From a virus: a stretch of 64,000 nucleotides of DNA. This document shows positions 36,958 through 50,211 of the stretch, piece after piece. The DNA lies in the IMG/VR virus record IMGVR_UViG_3300012348_000173, positions 1 through 64,000 of that record. One strand, 5' to 3'. The first letter of the stretch is position 1. Each line of letters opens with the position of its first letter. The position numbers were made by a program, and so were the translations under genes. The notes below the pieces were generated by a model. It made no database searches. It was not told the origin of the DNA and saw nothing but the letters and a program-made list of their open reading frames with translations.

Positions 36958-37770
36958 TTAGATATTTATCAGGTATTTTAGATCAACCGCTGTTGATGAA
37001 TGTACTTTACGAATAAAGATATTACCGAGTTTACGTTGGGCATCAATAAATGTATTGTCGACTATTCCAAAAGTATGAGGATTAAGTTTACACCCACGAT
37101 CAATCATGTACTTTTCAGTTTCCCAGTCCCAATCCGAAAAACAAAAAGAACGGTCTTTCCATTTTAGGTTTAAATGATTTGCAATAACCGCAAACCAACA
37201 TTCGTCTGCATATGATTCACATGTTGTATCGAAATAATCAACTAGGTTATCATATGCATCAACAAACTTTTTAGCGGCATCACGATCACACATAAACCAT
37301 TGAGAAACGAAAGCGCGGCAATCATATCTTAACGGTGAACATAATGCACGATTCTTTTTCAATTTAAGCATCTTAAAGAACCTATGTTTAGCAATAGAGT
37401 CATTATGAAAATCCTTAAAACATAATGAAGACTGTTCTTCATATATCTTTTCATATACATCTTTCATATTATACAATGGGAGATGCGCATCGCTAATTAA
37501 TATGAAGCGATCGTTATCTGCATCATTTAGAGCATATCTCAACAAATTTATTGTTGCGCTAACTAAAGAAAAGCATCCCCATTTTGTATTTCTTATTATG
37601 TATTCGTTGGGTAATGAATACTTATCCCAATGCGGCGAAAGACTTTCTTTAGGATGAATGTATAAGTTAAAGAGATCGGCGTAACGTTCTTGATCGAAGA
37701 ACATGCACATAGCATCTTCTTTTTGAAAATCTCCATATGTTAATGCAAGAAAGGCAACCTTTTTAGACAT
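36958..37770 (-). CDS. Glycosyltransferase, GT14/core-2 branching-like
   Basis: KVAFL.LT, YIH, TKWG.FSLV.A...LL..AL.D..N.RFILIS...LPL, SQW, DE..F, F.RK. Confidence 0.8.
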   Translation of the reverse strand: MSKKVAFLALTYGDFQKEDAMCMFFDQERYADLFNLYIHPKESLSPHWDKYSLPNEYIIRNTKWGCFSLVSATINLLRYALNDADNDRFILISDAHLPLYNMKDVYEKIYEEQSSLCFKDFHNDSIAKHRFFKMLKLKKNRALCSPLRYDCRAFVSQWFMCDRDAAKKFVDAYDNLVDYFDTTCESYADECWFAVIANHLNLKWKDRSFCFSDWDWETEKYMIDRGCKLNPHTFGIVDNTFIDAQRKLGNIFIRKVHSSTAVDLKYLINI

Positions 37771-38785
37771 CTTTCAATTTAATCATTACGTGCTTAATTG
37801 CCATCCACATATCAAGATATTTGTATGTAGCTAATCTTCCTACAAATATGACACCTTTTTCTTTCTTAGCGCGTTCTTCATATTGTGAATAGATCTTCTG
37901 GCCTTCACCCCAAGGAATCGGATAGTATGGTATATCTTCTTCGCCACATTCCTTTGAATACTCACATGTGATTGTCGTGTTTCCAACATGATTTGCGTCA
38001 AAGTAACTGTGATCATATATGCGAGTGTATGGCGAACATCTATTAATTTGGTTGACGACAAAATACTTTTCTCTAGGTACACCGCTACGATGATGAAATT
38101 CAAGAGTACGATATGGAAGACGACCATAACAATAGTCATAGTATGCATCAACCTTTCCAGTGTATACTGTTAGATTTGCGTTATGTTCTTTCCATGCATC
38201 AGGCTTACAGTTTAGATGCACGTGTATGTTAGGATGACTAAGCATCTTTTCAAACATCTTAGTATATCCGTCTTTTGGAATGCACTGATACTTTTGACCT
38301 TCAAACCAAGTTGGGTCTTCACATGCAGCGGTCTTTGGAATGCGATTGGTGATTGTCTTCGGGATAGTATCAAATGGTACGCCCCACTGCTTTTCGGAAT
38401 AGTCCCGGAAGATAGTATCCACGATTTCTTCCTGAGACAATTCACGTCCAATTTCAGAAACCGTTTTTTGACTGTATGGAAGGCTTATGTACTTGCCAAG
38501 CCGATCAGAAGCTCCTTTGGGCTGTAACTTAAATGGAACCCACTCAGAATAGTCCTTTATGAAATCCCATACTTCTTCATCGTCAGTATGAAAAATATGC
38601 AGGCCATACGTATGAAGGAACTTCACATTACCAAGCGGAGCATCATAACAGTTTCCTCCAATATGATTACGTGTATCATAGATATCTACAATGTATCCTT
38701 TACGTGCAAGACATACGGCCGCAACAATTCCACTAAGTCCACATCCTACTATTTTAACCGAGTATAAGTCCTTTTGCATTTGCAT
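37763..38785 (-). CDS. glf: UDP-galactopyranose mutase
   Basis: VG.GLSG FAD motif, RNHIGGNCYD, YG.HIFHT, KQWG, LPYR, PYYP, GRLATYKYLDM; exact start uncertain (38785 or 38779). Confidence 0.92.
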   Translation of the reverse strand: MQMQKDLYSVKIVGCGLSGIVAAVCLARKGYIVDIYDTRNHIGGNCYDAPLGNVKFLHTYGLHIFHTDDEEVWDFIKDYSEWVPFKLQPKGASDRLGKYISLPYSQKTVSEIGRELSQEEIVDTIFRDYSEKQWGVPFDTIPKTITNRIPKTAACEDPTWFEGQKYQCIPKDGYTKMFEKMLSHPNIHVHLNCKPDAWKEHNANLTVYTGKVDAYYDYCYGRLPYRTLEFHHRSGVPREKYFVVNQINRCSPYTRIYDHSYFDANHVGNTTITCEYSKECGEEDIPYYPIPWGEGQKIYSQYEERAKKEKGVIFVGRLATYKYLDMWMAIKHVMIKLKDV

Positions 38786-39446
38786 AATGATAAACAATTT
38801 CTTCTTGTATTTTTACGCTAGGATATGTATCTAATATCTCATCTAAGTTTTCTGAAAATGCATCGGTTAATGCTTTCATACTGTATGGATTTCCAGTGTA
38901 GAAATTATCAACGCCAACCGCACCTCGCGTGTATGCTGGATATTTAAAGTTAAGAGTATATCGGCCTCTAACCAATCGTAGCAGCACTGTCTCTGGCGTC
39001 TTTTTACAAATATGATGCGTGAAAAGATCATAGCGGGTATTAATGATCATGTCATAGTTATCATATGTAACTATGGAATCAACTAAACGCTTCTTACCTT
39101 CCCACATTCGTTTCCACCCGAGAACTGGCATTTGTGTTAGACCGACATAGCCATCGGTTCGGCCTTTAATCTTTACGTCTGCTTCAGAGTCAACAGATAC
39201 AGTCTTAACTAAAGATGAGCATTCGTCGCCAAAGTAATGTCTTAATAGTGGCTCGTTTACTTGCAATCCATATGAAGCTCCTAACTTACGATATGAAAGG
39301 TTTGCTTCAGTCTCAGACCATGTATGACAATGAATGGACAATGAAGTAACTTGTCTTAGGTTACTTAGCGTCTTTACAAAGTTTCTTAATCCTGAGTCTG
39401 TTAAACCGTCGCGTATGTGTCCTCTTATTCCTAATGCTACTCGCAT
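38754..39446 (-). CDS. Hypothetical protein, possibly glycosyltransferase-like
   Basis: VAL.I.GH.R, HTW, YD..I.TRYDL and D.FY.G motifs; first gene of the sugar cassette. Confidence 0.5.
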   Translation of the reverse strand: MRVALGIRGHIRDGLTDSGLRNFVKTLSNLRQVTSLSIHCHTWSETEANLSYRKLGASYGLQVNEPLLRHYFGDECSSLVKTVSVDSEADVKIKGRTDGYVGLTQMPVLGWKRMWEGKKRLVDSIVTYDNYDMIINTRYDLFTHHICKKTPETVLLRLVRGRYTLNFKYPAYTRGAVGVDNFYTGNPYSMKALTDAFSENLDEILDTYPSVKIQEEIVYHYANAKGLILG

Positions 39447-39464
39447 ATCAGATATATATCTATT

Positions 39465-39650
39465 ATGAATGAAAGAGTATACATTAACAGTGAATTGAGT
39501 GAAAACTTTAGAAACCTAGGTTGCGGAATCGTTGACTATGTCGACGTGTACCGCGTTGAAGGCGATAAGGTTTTCTTTACAGCCGGCAGCGGAAAGTTCC
39601 ACCTTACAAAAGGCGAGCTTAAAGACTATATGCTAGGAGAAGCGGTTTAA
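39465..39650 (+). CDS. Hypothetical protein (only credible plus-strand gene)
   Basis: 61-aa ORF exactly filling the gap between two minus-strand genes. Confidence 0.6.
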   Translation: MNERVYINSELSENFRNLGCGIVDYVDVYRVEGDKVFFTAGSGKFHLTKGELKDYMLGEAV

Positions 39651-40327
39651 GCTTTTTGCAGATCATCTATTCTGCGATTTAGTTCTCCGTATATGTATTT
39701 GTGACCATACCAAGGTCCTTCTCCATATGCACCTCGAAAGGTATGAGTGAGCACCCGCCACTCATTCTTTTCGTATATAAACCATGGCATACCAGAATCT
39801 CCACCTACTAATTGGTTTGACCAACGCTTACGACCTCGAATGTAAGCAAAGTCTTCTTCATAACGAACTTGGGCAATGCTATCATTACCGTCCTGATCTA
39901 AAGTTAAGGCACGTCGCCCATACACTTTGGGGTTTGTGCAAATTTTATAGCCGCATACTTTATCCGAAAACGGTTCGTCAACCTTGCATATTGCAATGTC
40001 TCCTCCGTTATAATATTCACGTGGGACCGTTTTTCCGTTTAGCAAAAACGATTCTTTATTGATTGCAGTTATTGTTCGTGTATGCTTTACTCCATCGGCG
40101 TCAATGACATACACCTTGTTATTTGGAGGAGATGTTGAAGGTATAGCATGCTTACATACTATGATTATGTTCTTAGGCTGTATATCAACAACCCAACCTT
40201 TGATCCATCCATTTCCGATTTTAGGATGATCGGATTTGACAATACCGCTACGATCTAAAGTCTTTGATGATGGTAAAGACTTTAGAGGATTAATGTAAGT
40301 TGCAACTATTTTTTCAAATAGGTTCAT
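39647..40327 (-). CDS. Trypsin-like serine protease
   Basis: Triad in the correct order: VCKHA (His), GDIAI (Asp), GGDSGMP (Ser). Confidence 0.8.
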   Translation of the reverse strand: MNLFEKIVATYINPLKSLPSSKTLDRSGIVKSDHPKIGNGWIKGWVVDIQPKNIIIVCKHAIPSTSPPNNKVYVIDADGVKHTRTITAINKESFLLNGKTVPREYYNGGDIAICKVDEPFSDKVCGYKICTNPKVYGRRALTLDQDGNDSIAQVRYEEDFAYIRGRKRWSNQLVGGDSGMPWFIYEKNEWRVLTHTFRGAYGEGPWYGHKYIYGELNRRIDDLQKA

Positions 40328-40721
40328 CAGTTACAGGCGCATCTGGCTGCGGTTCATCGGTTACAGGCGCATCTGGTTGAGGCAATGGAACCAAAGTGAT
40401 GATGCCATTTCCATCAACAGTTATTTCTCTAGGCTTTGTAGTAATAGCTCTAGGCTGATCAATTCCCCTGTTTTCTAATAGAGTATTGAATTCGTTAGCA
40501 TAGCGAAAATGAGCCTCGAAAATAGACTGCAGTTTTTCAATCCCTTGGCTATTCATAATTTCTTCAATTTGGTCGTCCGGCAAATTCCAAAATTTAGAAA
40601 ATGAATCGTTTAAGTTATAAACGGCCGTCTTAATGCAGTTCTCAACTAAAACTAAAGGAGCGTCGATTGCCGCTAAGTTAATTTCGAGTTGTGTTTTCTG
40701 AGGTATTAGTTGTATAGACAT
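40314..40721 (-). CDS. Hypothetical protein, possibly fibre-associated
   Basis: 135 aa directly downstream of a fibre gene; C-terminal PQPDAPVTDE x2. Confidence 0.55.
   Translation of the reverse strand: MSIQLIPQKTQLEINLAAIDAPLVLVENCIKTAVYNLNDSFSKFWNLPDDQIEEIMNSQGIEKLQSIFEAHFRYANEFNTLLENRGIDQPRAITTKPREITVDGNGIITLVPLPQPDAPVTDEPQPDAPVTDEPI
40321..40380. repeat. 30-bp tandem duplication
   Basis: ggttcatcRgttacaggcgcatctgg twice. Confidence 0.85.
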
Positions 40722-40723
40722 GG

Positions 40724-41668
40724 TTATGAAATTTTAGTCATTCTTACGCAACTATTTGGACGCAATTCGGTGGCCGCTGCGTTAGATGAGTTTTGCGCAA
40801 ATTGTAACGATACTGTATCATTGGTGGTGCATGAAAAGTAAAAGTATCCGCAAACTGGAATCAACGGAGTCGAAGCCGTTGCTCGTGCTCCCATATAAAT
40901 CCCAAGAGGACCTAAACCTGATATGTTAATCGGACCAACTGCGCCTATGCTAACAGATCCTAACAATGCACCAGATGGTGGTTGACTTGATGTTGTGAGC
41001 AATTGGAGCTTTATTCCACCTGCTCCAATAGATGCAAATAAATTAAAATCAACTCGGTATGAAGTATTAGCAACTACGCTGAAATTTCTTAATTCAGAAT
41101 CACTAATAAAAGTTGTCGAAGACGTTACCGAATCAGTAGCGGCCTTAACTTTCACTTGCATCTCTAATCCAAGATTAGATCGAGTAGTTGCCGCATCAGT
41201 TGTATAAATTGCACCAGCTGACATGTCTCCATTTACGTCTAATTTATAAGATGGAGTTGCGGTGCCAACTCCTACTCTATCAGTCGAAGAATCTACAAAT
41301 AGAGTGTTTGTATCGACAATCAAATTGCCTGATGCAGTAATAGCTCCAACGACATGTAGTGCGGTAGATGGAGTGAGCGTGCCAATTCCGACTCTATTGT
41401 TGGTGGCATCCACAAATAGAGAGTTTGTGTCCACGGTAAGATTAGCTGAAATACTGGCAGACCCCACTATATCTAATGTAGTAGCAGGAGTTGAGGTTCC
41501 AATGCCGACGCGATTATTAGCAGCATCAACAAAAAAAGTGCTAGTATCAACGGTTAGATTTCCCGATATTGACGTGTTTTTAGTAAAGTCGATGGTAGAA
41601 CCAGCATTGATATTCGTTAATGCTGCTCCGCTCGCTAATACATTTGCTGAAATTTTAGTTGTCGCCAT
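40724..41668 (-). CDS. Fibre protein with three 39-aa repeats and a beta-rich head
   Basis: NL.VDT..(L/F)FVD....RVG.GT.TP...L x3. Confidence 0.75.
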   Translation of the reverse strand: MATTKISANVLASGAALTNINAGSTIDFTKNTSISGNLTVDTSTFFVDAANNRVGIGTSTPATTLDIVGSASISANLTVDTNSLFVDATNNRVGIGTLTPSTALHVVGAITASGNLIVDTNTLFVDSSTDRVGVGTATPSYKLDVNGDMSAGAIYTTDAATTRSNLGLEMQVKVKAATDSVTSSTTFISDSELRNFSVVANTSYRVDFNLFASIGAGGIKLQLLTTSSQPPSGALLGSVSIGAVGPINISGLGPLGIYMGARATASTPLIPVCGYFYFSCTTNDTVSLQFAQNSSNAAATELRPNSCVRMTKIS

Positions 41669-41670
41669 AA

Positions 41671-43990
<2,320 letters not shown>

Positions 43991-43994
43991 TAAC

Positions 43995-44339
43995 TTATTC
44001 TGTTGGCTTTGTTGCTCGCGGAGTAATTTCAGCCTGCCCTTCACATACGCGAATGACGTCAGACTCATCTTCATTATAAATTTCAACATCAAAGACATAT
44101 CGTCCAGGCTTCATCGCGCCAGTTTGTGCTGGAGTAAGGTTGATGAAAATTTCACCTGACTCTGGATCATCAATGCTAGTTGAGAAATTTACAGATGTTA
44201 ATGATGAATATGATCGACGGATTTGACCGCGCGCTGAAAAGTCCGTAAGATCAACTGGAAGCTTATTTGCGCCAATGACAGGAATCTTACCAGAATATGT
44301 TGAGCCTTGGTCTATGGTAATATCAGTGTACTGAGCCAT
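43995..44339 (-). CDS. Virion structural protein (fibre adaptor-like)
   Basis: IDQG..Y...DLT.FSAR.QIRR...G.I.I.LT..QT...GRYVFDVEI...R..EG...I.P pattern. Confidence 0.7.
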   Translation of the reverse strand: MAQYTDITIDQGSTYSGKIPVIGANKLPVDLTDFSARGQIRRSYSSLTSVNFSTSIDDPESGEIFINLTPAQTGAMKPGRYVFDVEIYNEDESDVIRVCEGQAEITPRATKPTE

Positions 44340-44350
44340 AGTTATATTTA

Positions 44351-47293
44351 TTACGCCTTAATTGCAATGTAGTTAACTTTACAATTTGCCGTAGCGGTTG
44401 TATTTCCGTTAATTGTGAATTGCCCAGATGCAGCAATCACGTTAACATACTTAAGAGTCGTATCATTAGATGCAACGGTTGCAACAATCACTGATGTTGA
44501 AGTAATCCCCGCTGCAATTACGGTAACACTGGATGATGCAGCGTTGATTGTTGCGGTGCCGCTAATTATGTTTAACGCAGATCGGTGAGCTGTTGCCTCA
44601 GTTGCGGAATAGTATGTGAATCCAGCGTCCTGCGCATAATTTTCACCTTTACTTTGTATTGTTCCACCCGTTGCATATTTAACCAAGGTTCCTTCAACGA
44701 TTGTTGAAGTAGTCACCGCGGAAGCAAATGCTAAGCGTGCAGTATTATTTTCAAATGTAAACGTTGAGGTTGCAGCAAATGAAAGAGGTCCAACAAAACT
44801 AACGGGTGATTGAAAAGTAGCTGACCCGTAGACTTCAAGACCACCGTCTAAAGTAAGTAGCCTGTTGTCTTCTTCATCTCTCGAGAATTGTGCAATGCCA
44901 TGAATATCATAAATTGTAGTTACATTTTCCGGAACGGTTGAGTCAGTGTAAATGTAAAAATCTCCAACTTGATGCAGTAAATCAATTTCAGGCTGTGCTA
45001 ATATAGAAGTTATTCCGCTATATGTAGATGTTCCAGCTGATAGAGTATCAAAATATCCAGTTGTTGCAATTATTCCTCCATTTGAATCACGTTGAACAAC
45101 CGAGTTAGGATTTGAATCAACTGCCGGCTCAATTGTGTACTTAACCCAACCTTCGTTTTCCGAGAAAACATACCAATCATATAACACTTTACATGTTTGG
45201 CCTAATCTAAAATTAACTCTAGGAGCTGGAAGAGTTGTCTCGCTGGTAATCTCTATATGACCAGAGGAATCTACGGCCCATGAATTGGCGCAAACCTTAG
45301 GAGATATTTGAATAAGATTTGAGAAAGAGTCATAATAAGCATTTGCATAATCGCTATAGCGTGTAATGCTTGTGGCCAATCTTTCTAAAGAAACACTATA
45401 TTCAGATGGGTGATATACCACAATGAATGGATTAATCGGCTCATCGTTTTCTTCAGCGAAAACAAATGTTTCAGTTTCCCCATTCACACTAAGGCTAAAT
45501 GAATCACCATCAGTGATCACTGCGCCATCGATGTTTAGATAGACATAACCATCATTATAATCGGTTGTGTTATCGCTAAAGACACGTGGCGTGTCAAAGA
45601 TATGATCCACCTCACTAGCTTCAGCATCTGTCCAAACTGACACCGTTGGATCTAGTGCAGGTTCACCTGTCATCAAGACAGATGGAGATGAGGTTTCATA
45701 ATTTGTAGCTTCTTCAAATTGCCATACGTCACCACTGTATCTTTCAACAAAAGCGTAGCCGCCTCCAGTTAAACCATCATCAACGATGCTGATTCCTGAA
45801 TCGTTTCTTGCCCAAACTTTAACCGTTCCGCCTTCAGCTGTTCCAAGATAAACGTAAATACCATCACGCTCTGGGTAATTTAAATCAGAGAAGTCAAATA
45901 TCTTCTTAAAGATCGGAACTTCCTCAGCTTCAAAGGATGCTGATATATCTGTCAAGTTAAAACCATTAATTGTTGTTGGTTTATCAGTTATACCATTCCA
46001 TGAAGTTGTTCCAGGTGTACCAGTTGCGCCCGTTGCTCCGCTCGGTCCAGCGATCCCAGTTGCTCCAGTTGAGCCCTGAGGGCCATTTACACCTGTAGCT
46101 CCACTTGGTCCAGTTAGACCAGTTGGACCTGTGGCACCGCTCGGTCCTCGCACTCCAGTTGCCCCAGTTTCTCCAGCTGGACCGCTAAGCAATCCTATGT
46201 TTTGCCATCCAATTGCAGAGAATACAAAACACGAATCTAATTCAACGACAAACCAAATGTCCCCATAATCGGGTGAGTCAATATCAGTAAGATCGGATTC
46301 ATATTGAACTGCACCCTTTAATGAAAGGGCAGGCGCCGCTGCACCCTCTGGTCCAGATATGTTTCCTAAATACGTAGATTCGCCATCACTTAAAGTTACA
46401 TATAGTCCGCCATCATATTCAATATAGATGTCAGATATACTAACACCTGTTGCGCCACGCGGTCCAGTTGCACCACTTGGACCGCTTGGACCTGTGGCTC
46501 CGCTTGGACCAGTTAAACCCGTAGGTCCTGTAGGTCCTGTAGGACCAGTTAAACCAGTAGGTCCAGTCACGCCAGTAGGACCAGTTAAACCGGTTGGGCC
46601 ACTTGGACCAGTTAAACCAGTAGGACCAGTTAGGCCAGTAGGACCCACTGAACCAGCTGGACCAGTCAAGCCCGTAGATCCTGTTGCACCGGTCACGCCC
46701 GATGCACCTGTAGCGCCGGATGGCCCAGCGACACCAGATGCGCCTGTAGCTCCTGCTCCTGTAGCCCCAACTGCGCCTGTTGGACCTTGAGGACCCTGAA
46801 ATGTTCCAAGATCAACCCAATCAGCAATCGCGTCATCATCTAACAACCATGCATATGCTTTGTTATCCGAAACTTTAATGTAAACGTCTCCCAAAGACTG
46901 ACTTGATGTTGGAAGGTTTGTTACATAGCCTTTAATGTTTAATGCATTTGACGGCGGGCCTGTTGGTCCAGCTGGTCCAGTTGCTCCGGACGGACCAGCA
47001 ATGCCAACTGGTCCTTGTGGTCCTAGCACACTGCCTGCAACGTTTATAGTGCGGCCTAATGAAGTTAGAAGCTTAAGCTGCCCATTTGTTACGGTAGCTG
47101 AAGAAATTAGTTCTCCATCTTCAGTAACTGTTCCTAATGCTGAAAAGAACTGAACGTCACCATTTTCATCTTTATAGAAAAGTTTTCCATCTGCATAGTT
47201 TAAAGCAAGTTCTCCATATTGGATAAACTCTGCTGTTGGCGTAGATCCGCTAACACTAGACGATTTGAGAATATATGTTTTTTCCTCTGGCAT
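44351..47293 (-). CDS. Long collagen-like fibre protein
   Basis: [17 protein letters not shown]-terminal anchor; several G-X-Y tracts; acidic central domain. Confidence 0.85.
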   Translation of the reverse strand: MPEEKTYILKSSSVSGSTPTAEFIQYGELALNYADGKLFYKDENGDVQFFSALGTVTEDGELISSATVTNGQLKLLTSLGRTINVAGSVLGPQGPVGIAGPSGATGPAGPTGPPSNALNIKGYVTNLPTSSQSLGDVYIKVSDNKAYAWLLDDDAIADWVDLGTFQGPQGPTGAVGATGAGATGASGVAGPSGATGASGVTGATGSTGLTGPAGSVGPTGLTGPTGLTGPSGPTGLTGPTGVTGPTGLTGPTGPTGPTGLTGPSGATGPSGPSGATGPRGATGVSISDIYIEYDGGLYVTLSDGESTYLGNISGPEGAAAPALSLKGAVQYESDLTDIDSPDYGDIWFVVELDSCFVFSAIGWQNIGLLSGPAGETGATGVRGPSGATGPTGLTGPSGATGVNGPQGSTGATGIAGPSGATGATGTPGTTSWNGITDKPTTINGFNLTDISASFEAEEVPIFKKIFDFSDLNYPERDGIYVYLGTAEGGTVKVWARNDSGISIVDDGLTGGGYAFVERYSGDVWQFEEATNYETSSPSVLMTGEPALDPTVSVWTDAEASEVDHIFDTPRVFSDNTTDYNDGYVYLNIDGAVITDGDSFSLSVNGETETFVFAEENDEPINPFIVVYHPSEYSVSLERLATSITRYSDYANAYYDSFSNLIQISPKVCANSWAVDSSGHIEITSETTLPAPRVNFRLGQTCKVLYDWYVFSENEGWVKYTIEPAVDSNPNSVVQRDSNGGIIATTGYFDTLSAGTSTYSGITSILAQPEIDLLHQVGDFYIYTDSTVPENVTTIYDIHGIAQFSRDEEDNRLLTLDGGLEVYGSATFQSPVSFVGPLSFAATSTFTFENNTARLAFASAVTTSTIVEGTLVKYATGGTIQSKGENYAQDAGFTYYSATEATAHRSALNIISGTATINAASSSVTVIAAGITSTSVIVATVASNDTTLKYVNVIAASGQFTINGNTTATANCKVNYIAIKA

Positions 47294-47298
47294 ATGAA

Positions 47299-49995
47299 TT
47301 AGATATTTTTAATCTTAGTGAAAAATGGAACAGTTGCTCCTGTTGGATATGAGTTTATATTGTATGCATGATATCCACATGTATACATGTCGCCTGTTGG
47401 TTCGAGCAAATTATCTTGGATTATGCAAGCGGTGAATGATGAAGAGCTTGAAGTACCGAGGTTGACCGATTGCACGTCGCTTACATACTGATCTCTTGGA
47501 ACATATACGTTTTGAGGACGTGCATAAATTGTAGATGAACTGATATCAGTTCCGAGATTAATTCCAGTTCCCCATGCACATAACTTATATTCTCCACCTG
47601 ACAAGAATGTAGCAAATCGTACATTAGGTGCAGAGCTAAAGAATCGATGTACACTGTAATTATTATTTGAAACCGTTAAGCCAGATTGCGTAAAGTCAGT
47701 TATTTGAATCAATGAAGCAACTGGAGTAGACGATTGTGGATGTAGCCCAACCGCTCCATTTGAATTATCACCCATTCCATATAGCTTCCCGTTTGTACCT
47801 ACAACGTGAACTACATAATCAAGGTTAGTGTACACATCAGCCACCGTCGGTGAAGAAATTAGTCTAGGTACAAATGTGTATGCTGGATCTGTCACTGTTG
47901 AGCTGCTACCAAGGCCGAGTTGACGATATAGGTTATAACCCCAACCGTGTATCTTTCCATCAGCTTGTTTTAGTATACCAAATGTATTTGCGCCAATTCC
48001 GCCAAAGTATGCATCCGTTACGCCAGTGATTCGAGTGTATACATTTGACGTAGATGAAATTCCAGCAGGAGTTACGCGATAAGTAGCGGTGTTAATTGCA
48101 TCACTTTCATGCAAACTAAATGTATTATCCGACAGTTTATTTACAGTGTAGTAATAGCTACCAATCTTAATCTTATCATAGTTAAGCATTCCATGATTTG
48201 TTAGAGTATAAACTTGAGTATCAATGTTTAATGTTGGAGTGCCCCCAAGATTTCTTGATATTGGACTTAAGACTGGAACCCAATCATTGTTGTTATCATT
48301 ATTTCCATTGGCCTTTTGGAATCGACCAATTTGACCATTCTCTCCATACCCGCATGCCCACAATTCTCCAGAATCGAGTAGAGCATATCCGGTTTGAGTA
48401 GTTCCTCCTCCAATTAGCCAAGCCTTTGTTACAGTTCTTGATCCCAAATTACCTGGGCCGCGAACTGGAAGCTTAGAGTTTGATGTTGATACATTAGAAT
48501 TATCGCCAAGCTGCCCGTATGTATTATCACCAAATGTATAAAGCTTACCACTTGTTGTTAATGCATATGCAGTCTTAGCATCAGCGTCATAACTTAAGAT
48601 TATTTCAGAGATTGCCTCACCGCCAAAACATAATCTAGGACCAGAAAGGTAATCGGACGAATCACTTGTGTCAATTGATCCACTCTTACGGTTGATGTTA
48701 TAGCCGTAAGAATACACTTTATTATCGCTGTACTTAATGTAAGTACTAAGGTTATCGGTGTATATTTTAACGACATCAGACGCTCGGTATGGAGGCAGAG
48801 ATACACCATATGCATCACCACTAAAGCGTCCAAAACGGTTGCCATATAGGTCGCCGTTTTCTCCATATGCATATATCTTGTTTAGATTGTCAACGCATAC
48901 AAAACCACGCGGTGGAAGAACACTGTATGAATTATATCCTTTGCCGTTTAAGCTCTTGAATTTAGAACCATTTTGTTTTGAAACGGTATCAACATATTCT
49001 TTATTTGCCGCTGCAGTAGGAGGCGCTGAAGAAGGAGTCTCAACGAGAACAACTCCACTGTTGCTTCTTAGCGGAATAAAATACTCATTTGGATTTTGGC
49101 TGCTAAGTAAAGTATAGCTAGCATTTTGTAATTTAGACGATGCGATTGAAGCCGCTTTTAGGATTAGTCTCTTTTGGCTATCAGTTTCAAATTCACTGCC
49201 TAGGTTGAGGCTTATGCTACCGCCGTTAAGATTGAATGTATTGTTGCCTAATGCAGATGTAATAGTAATACCATTTCCGCCTAAGACAGAAAATGCAGCT
49301 ACATTTACTTTACGTGCTCTAATATAATATGCAACCGTCTCTCCACCAATTGTACCGTTTGCCACAGTAGGTAAAGCGAAAGTAGCAGCTGTTTCTCCTA
49401 ATGCTGCAGCCAAATCTGGGTATGTAGATTTACTAACAGTCTGACCATTGCATGCTAACCATAATGTCCCGTCAATAGCAACTCCATTTGCAATTGGAAC
49501 AATCATTCCAACAGGAGTTAGGTCTTCGGTTACAGTTAATGAGGAAGTGTTAATTATTTCACGAACATCATTTGCAATTTCAGTGTTCGTCTTAAAAGTA
49601 ATTCCACTGTTATGGTGATATACATAACCAGATGAAGGAGTAGATGGCAACGTATAATCATAATTGCCAATCTTTATCGTTGACGATGTATTATGAATCT
49701 TAGGCGCCGAAATAATCTTTCCAGCTGAAACTGAAAAATTTGAACCAACGTTTAAATTGTCTCCAGACGCACTTAAGTATGAAGAGCCGATTGTTAAACC
49801 ACCACCAAACGTAACGTTATTTATGACAGTTTGATTAGATCCTGTAAGAAGAAGAGTGTTTGATTCAGATGCATATGTATCATCGATAGCAGCTACCTTT
49901 TCAATAACACCATTTGTCTTTTGGCGCCACTGTTCAAAAGTATCAACGCCGACAACGCCGTTTATCTTAAAATCTGCAAAAGGTATAGAATCCAT
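47299..49995 (-). CDS. Fibre protein with tail-collar domain and RCC1-like repeats
   Basis: [18 protein letters not shown]...[16 protein letters not shown]...F.LP; repeated G.LY..G.N..GQLG. Confidence 0.8.
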   Translation of the reverse strand: MDSIPFADFKINGVVGVDTFEQWRQKTNGVIEKVAAIDDTYASESNTLLLTGSNQTVINNVTFGGGLTIGSSYLSASGDNLNVGSNFSVSAGKIISAPKIHNTSSTIKIGNYDYTLPSTPSSGYVYHHNSGITFKTNTEIANDVREIINTSSLTVTEDLTPVGMIVPIANGVAIDGTLWLACNGQTVSKSTYPDLAAALGETAATFALPTVANGTIGGETVAYYIRARKVNVAAFSVLGGNGITITSALGNNTFNLNGGSISLNLGSEFETDSQKRLILKAASIASSKLQNASYTLLSSQNPNEYFIPLRSNSGVVLVETPSSAPPTAAANKEYVDTVSKQNGSKFKSLNGKGYNSYSVLPPRGFVCVDNLNKIYAYGENGDLYGNRFGRFSGDAYGVSLPPYRASDVVKIYTDNLSTYIKYSDNKVYSYGYNINRKSGSIDTSDSSDYLSGPRLCFGGEAISEIILSYDADAKTAYALTTSGKLYTFGDNTYGQLGDNSNVSTSNSKLPVRGPGNLGSRTVTKAWLIGGGTTQTGYALLDSGELWACGYGENGQIGRFQKANGNNDNNNDWVPVLSPISRNLGGTPTLNIDTQVYTLTNHGMLNYDKIKIGSYYYTVNKLSDNTFSLHESDAINTATYRVTPAGISSTSNVYTRITGVTDAYFGGIGANTFGILKQADGKIHGWGYNLYRQLGLGSSSTVTDPAYTFVPRLISSPTVADVYTNLDYVVHVVGTNGKLYGMGDNSNGAVGLHPQSSTPVASLIQITDFTQSGLTVSNNNYSVHRFFSSAPNVRFATFLSGGEYKLCAWGTGINLGTDISSSTIYARPQNVYVPRDQYVSDVQSVNLGTSSSSSFTACIIQDNLLEPTGDMYTCGYHAYNINSYPTGATVPFFTKIKNI

Positions 49996-50004
49996 ATATT
50001 ATGT

Positions 50005-50211
50005 CTATTTATTATGAAGAGCTTGGATAATAATGTTTAGCTTTTCTTCTATAGACGAAACGCGAGCAGAGAGATCGTCTAATGCTTTTCTCTGCTCGTC
50101 GTTTCGCTGTCTTATCTTTTTGGCTGCCATGTATTCGTCATAGTCAGTATTGATAATTGCGTTTGACGCAGGGTCTCGATACAAAGACTTAGTGTCAGCC
50201 ACCTTAATCAT
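50005..50211 (-). CDS. Small conserved protein downstream of the VrlC-like gene
   Basis: [13 protein letters not shown]...Y plus coiled coil. Confidence 0.7.
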   Translation of the reverse strand: MIKVADTKSLYRDPASNAIINTDYDEYMAAKKIRQRNDEQRKALDDLSARVSSIEEKLNIIIQALHNK

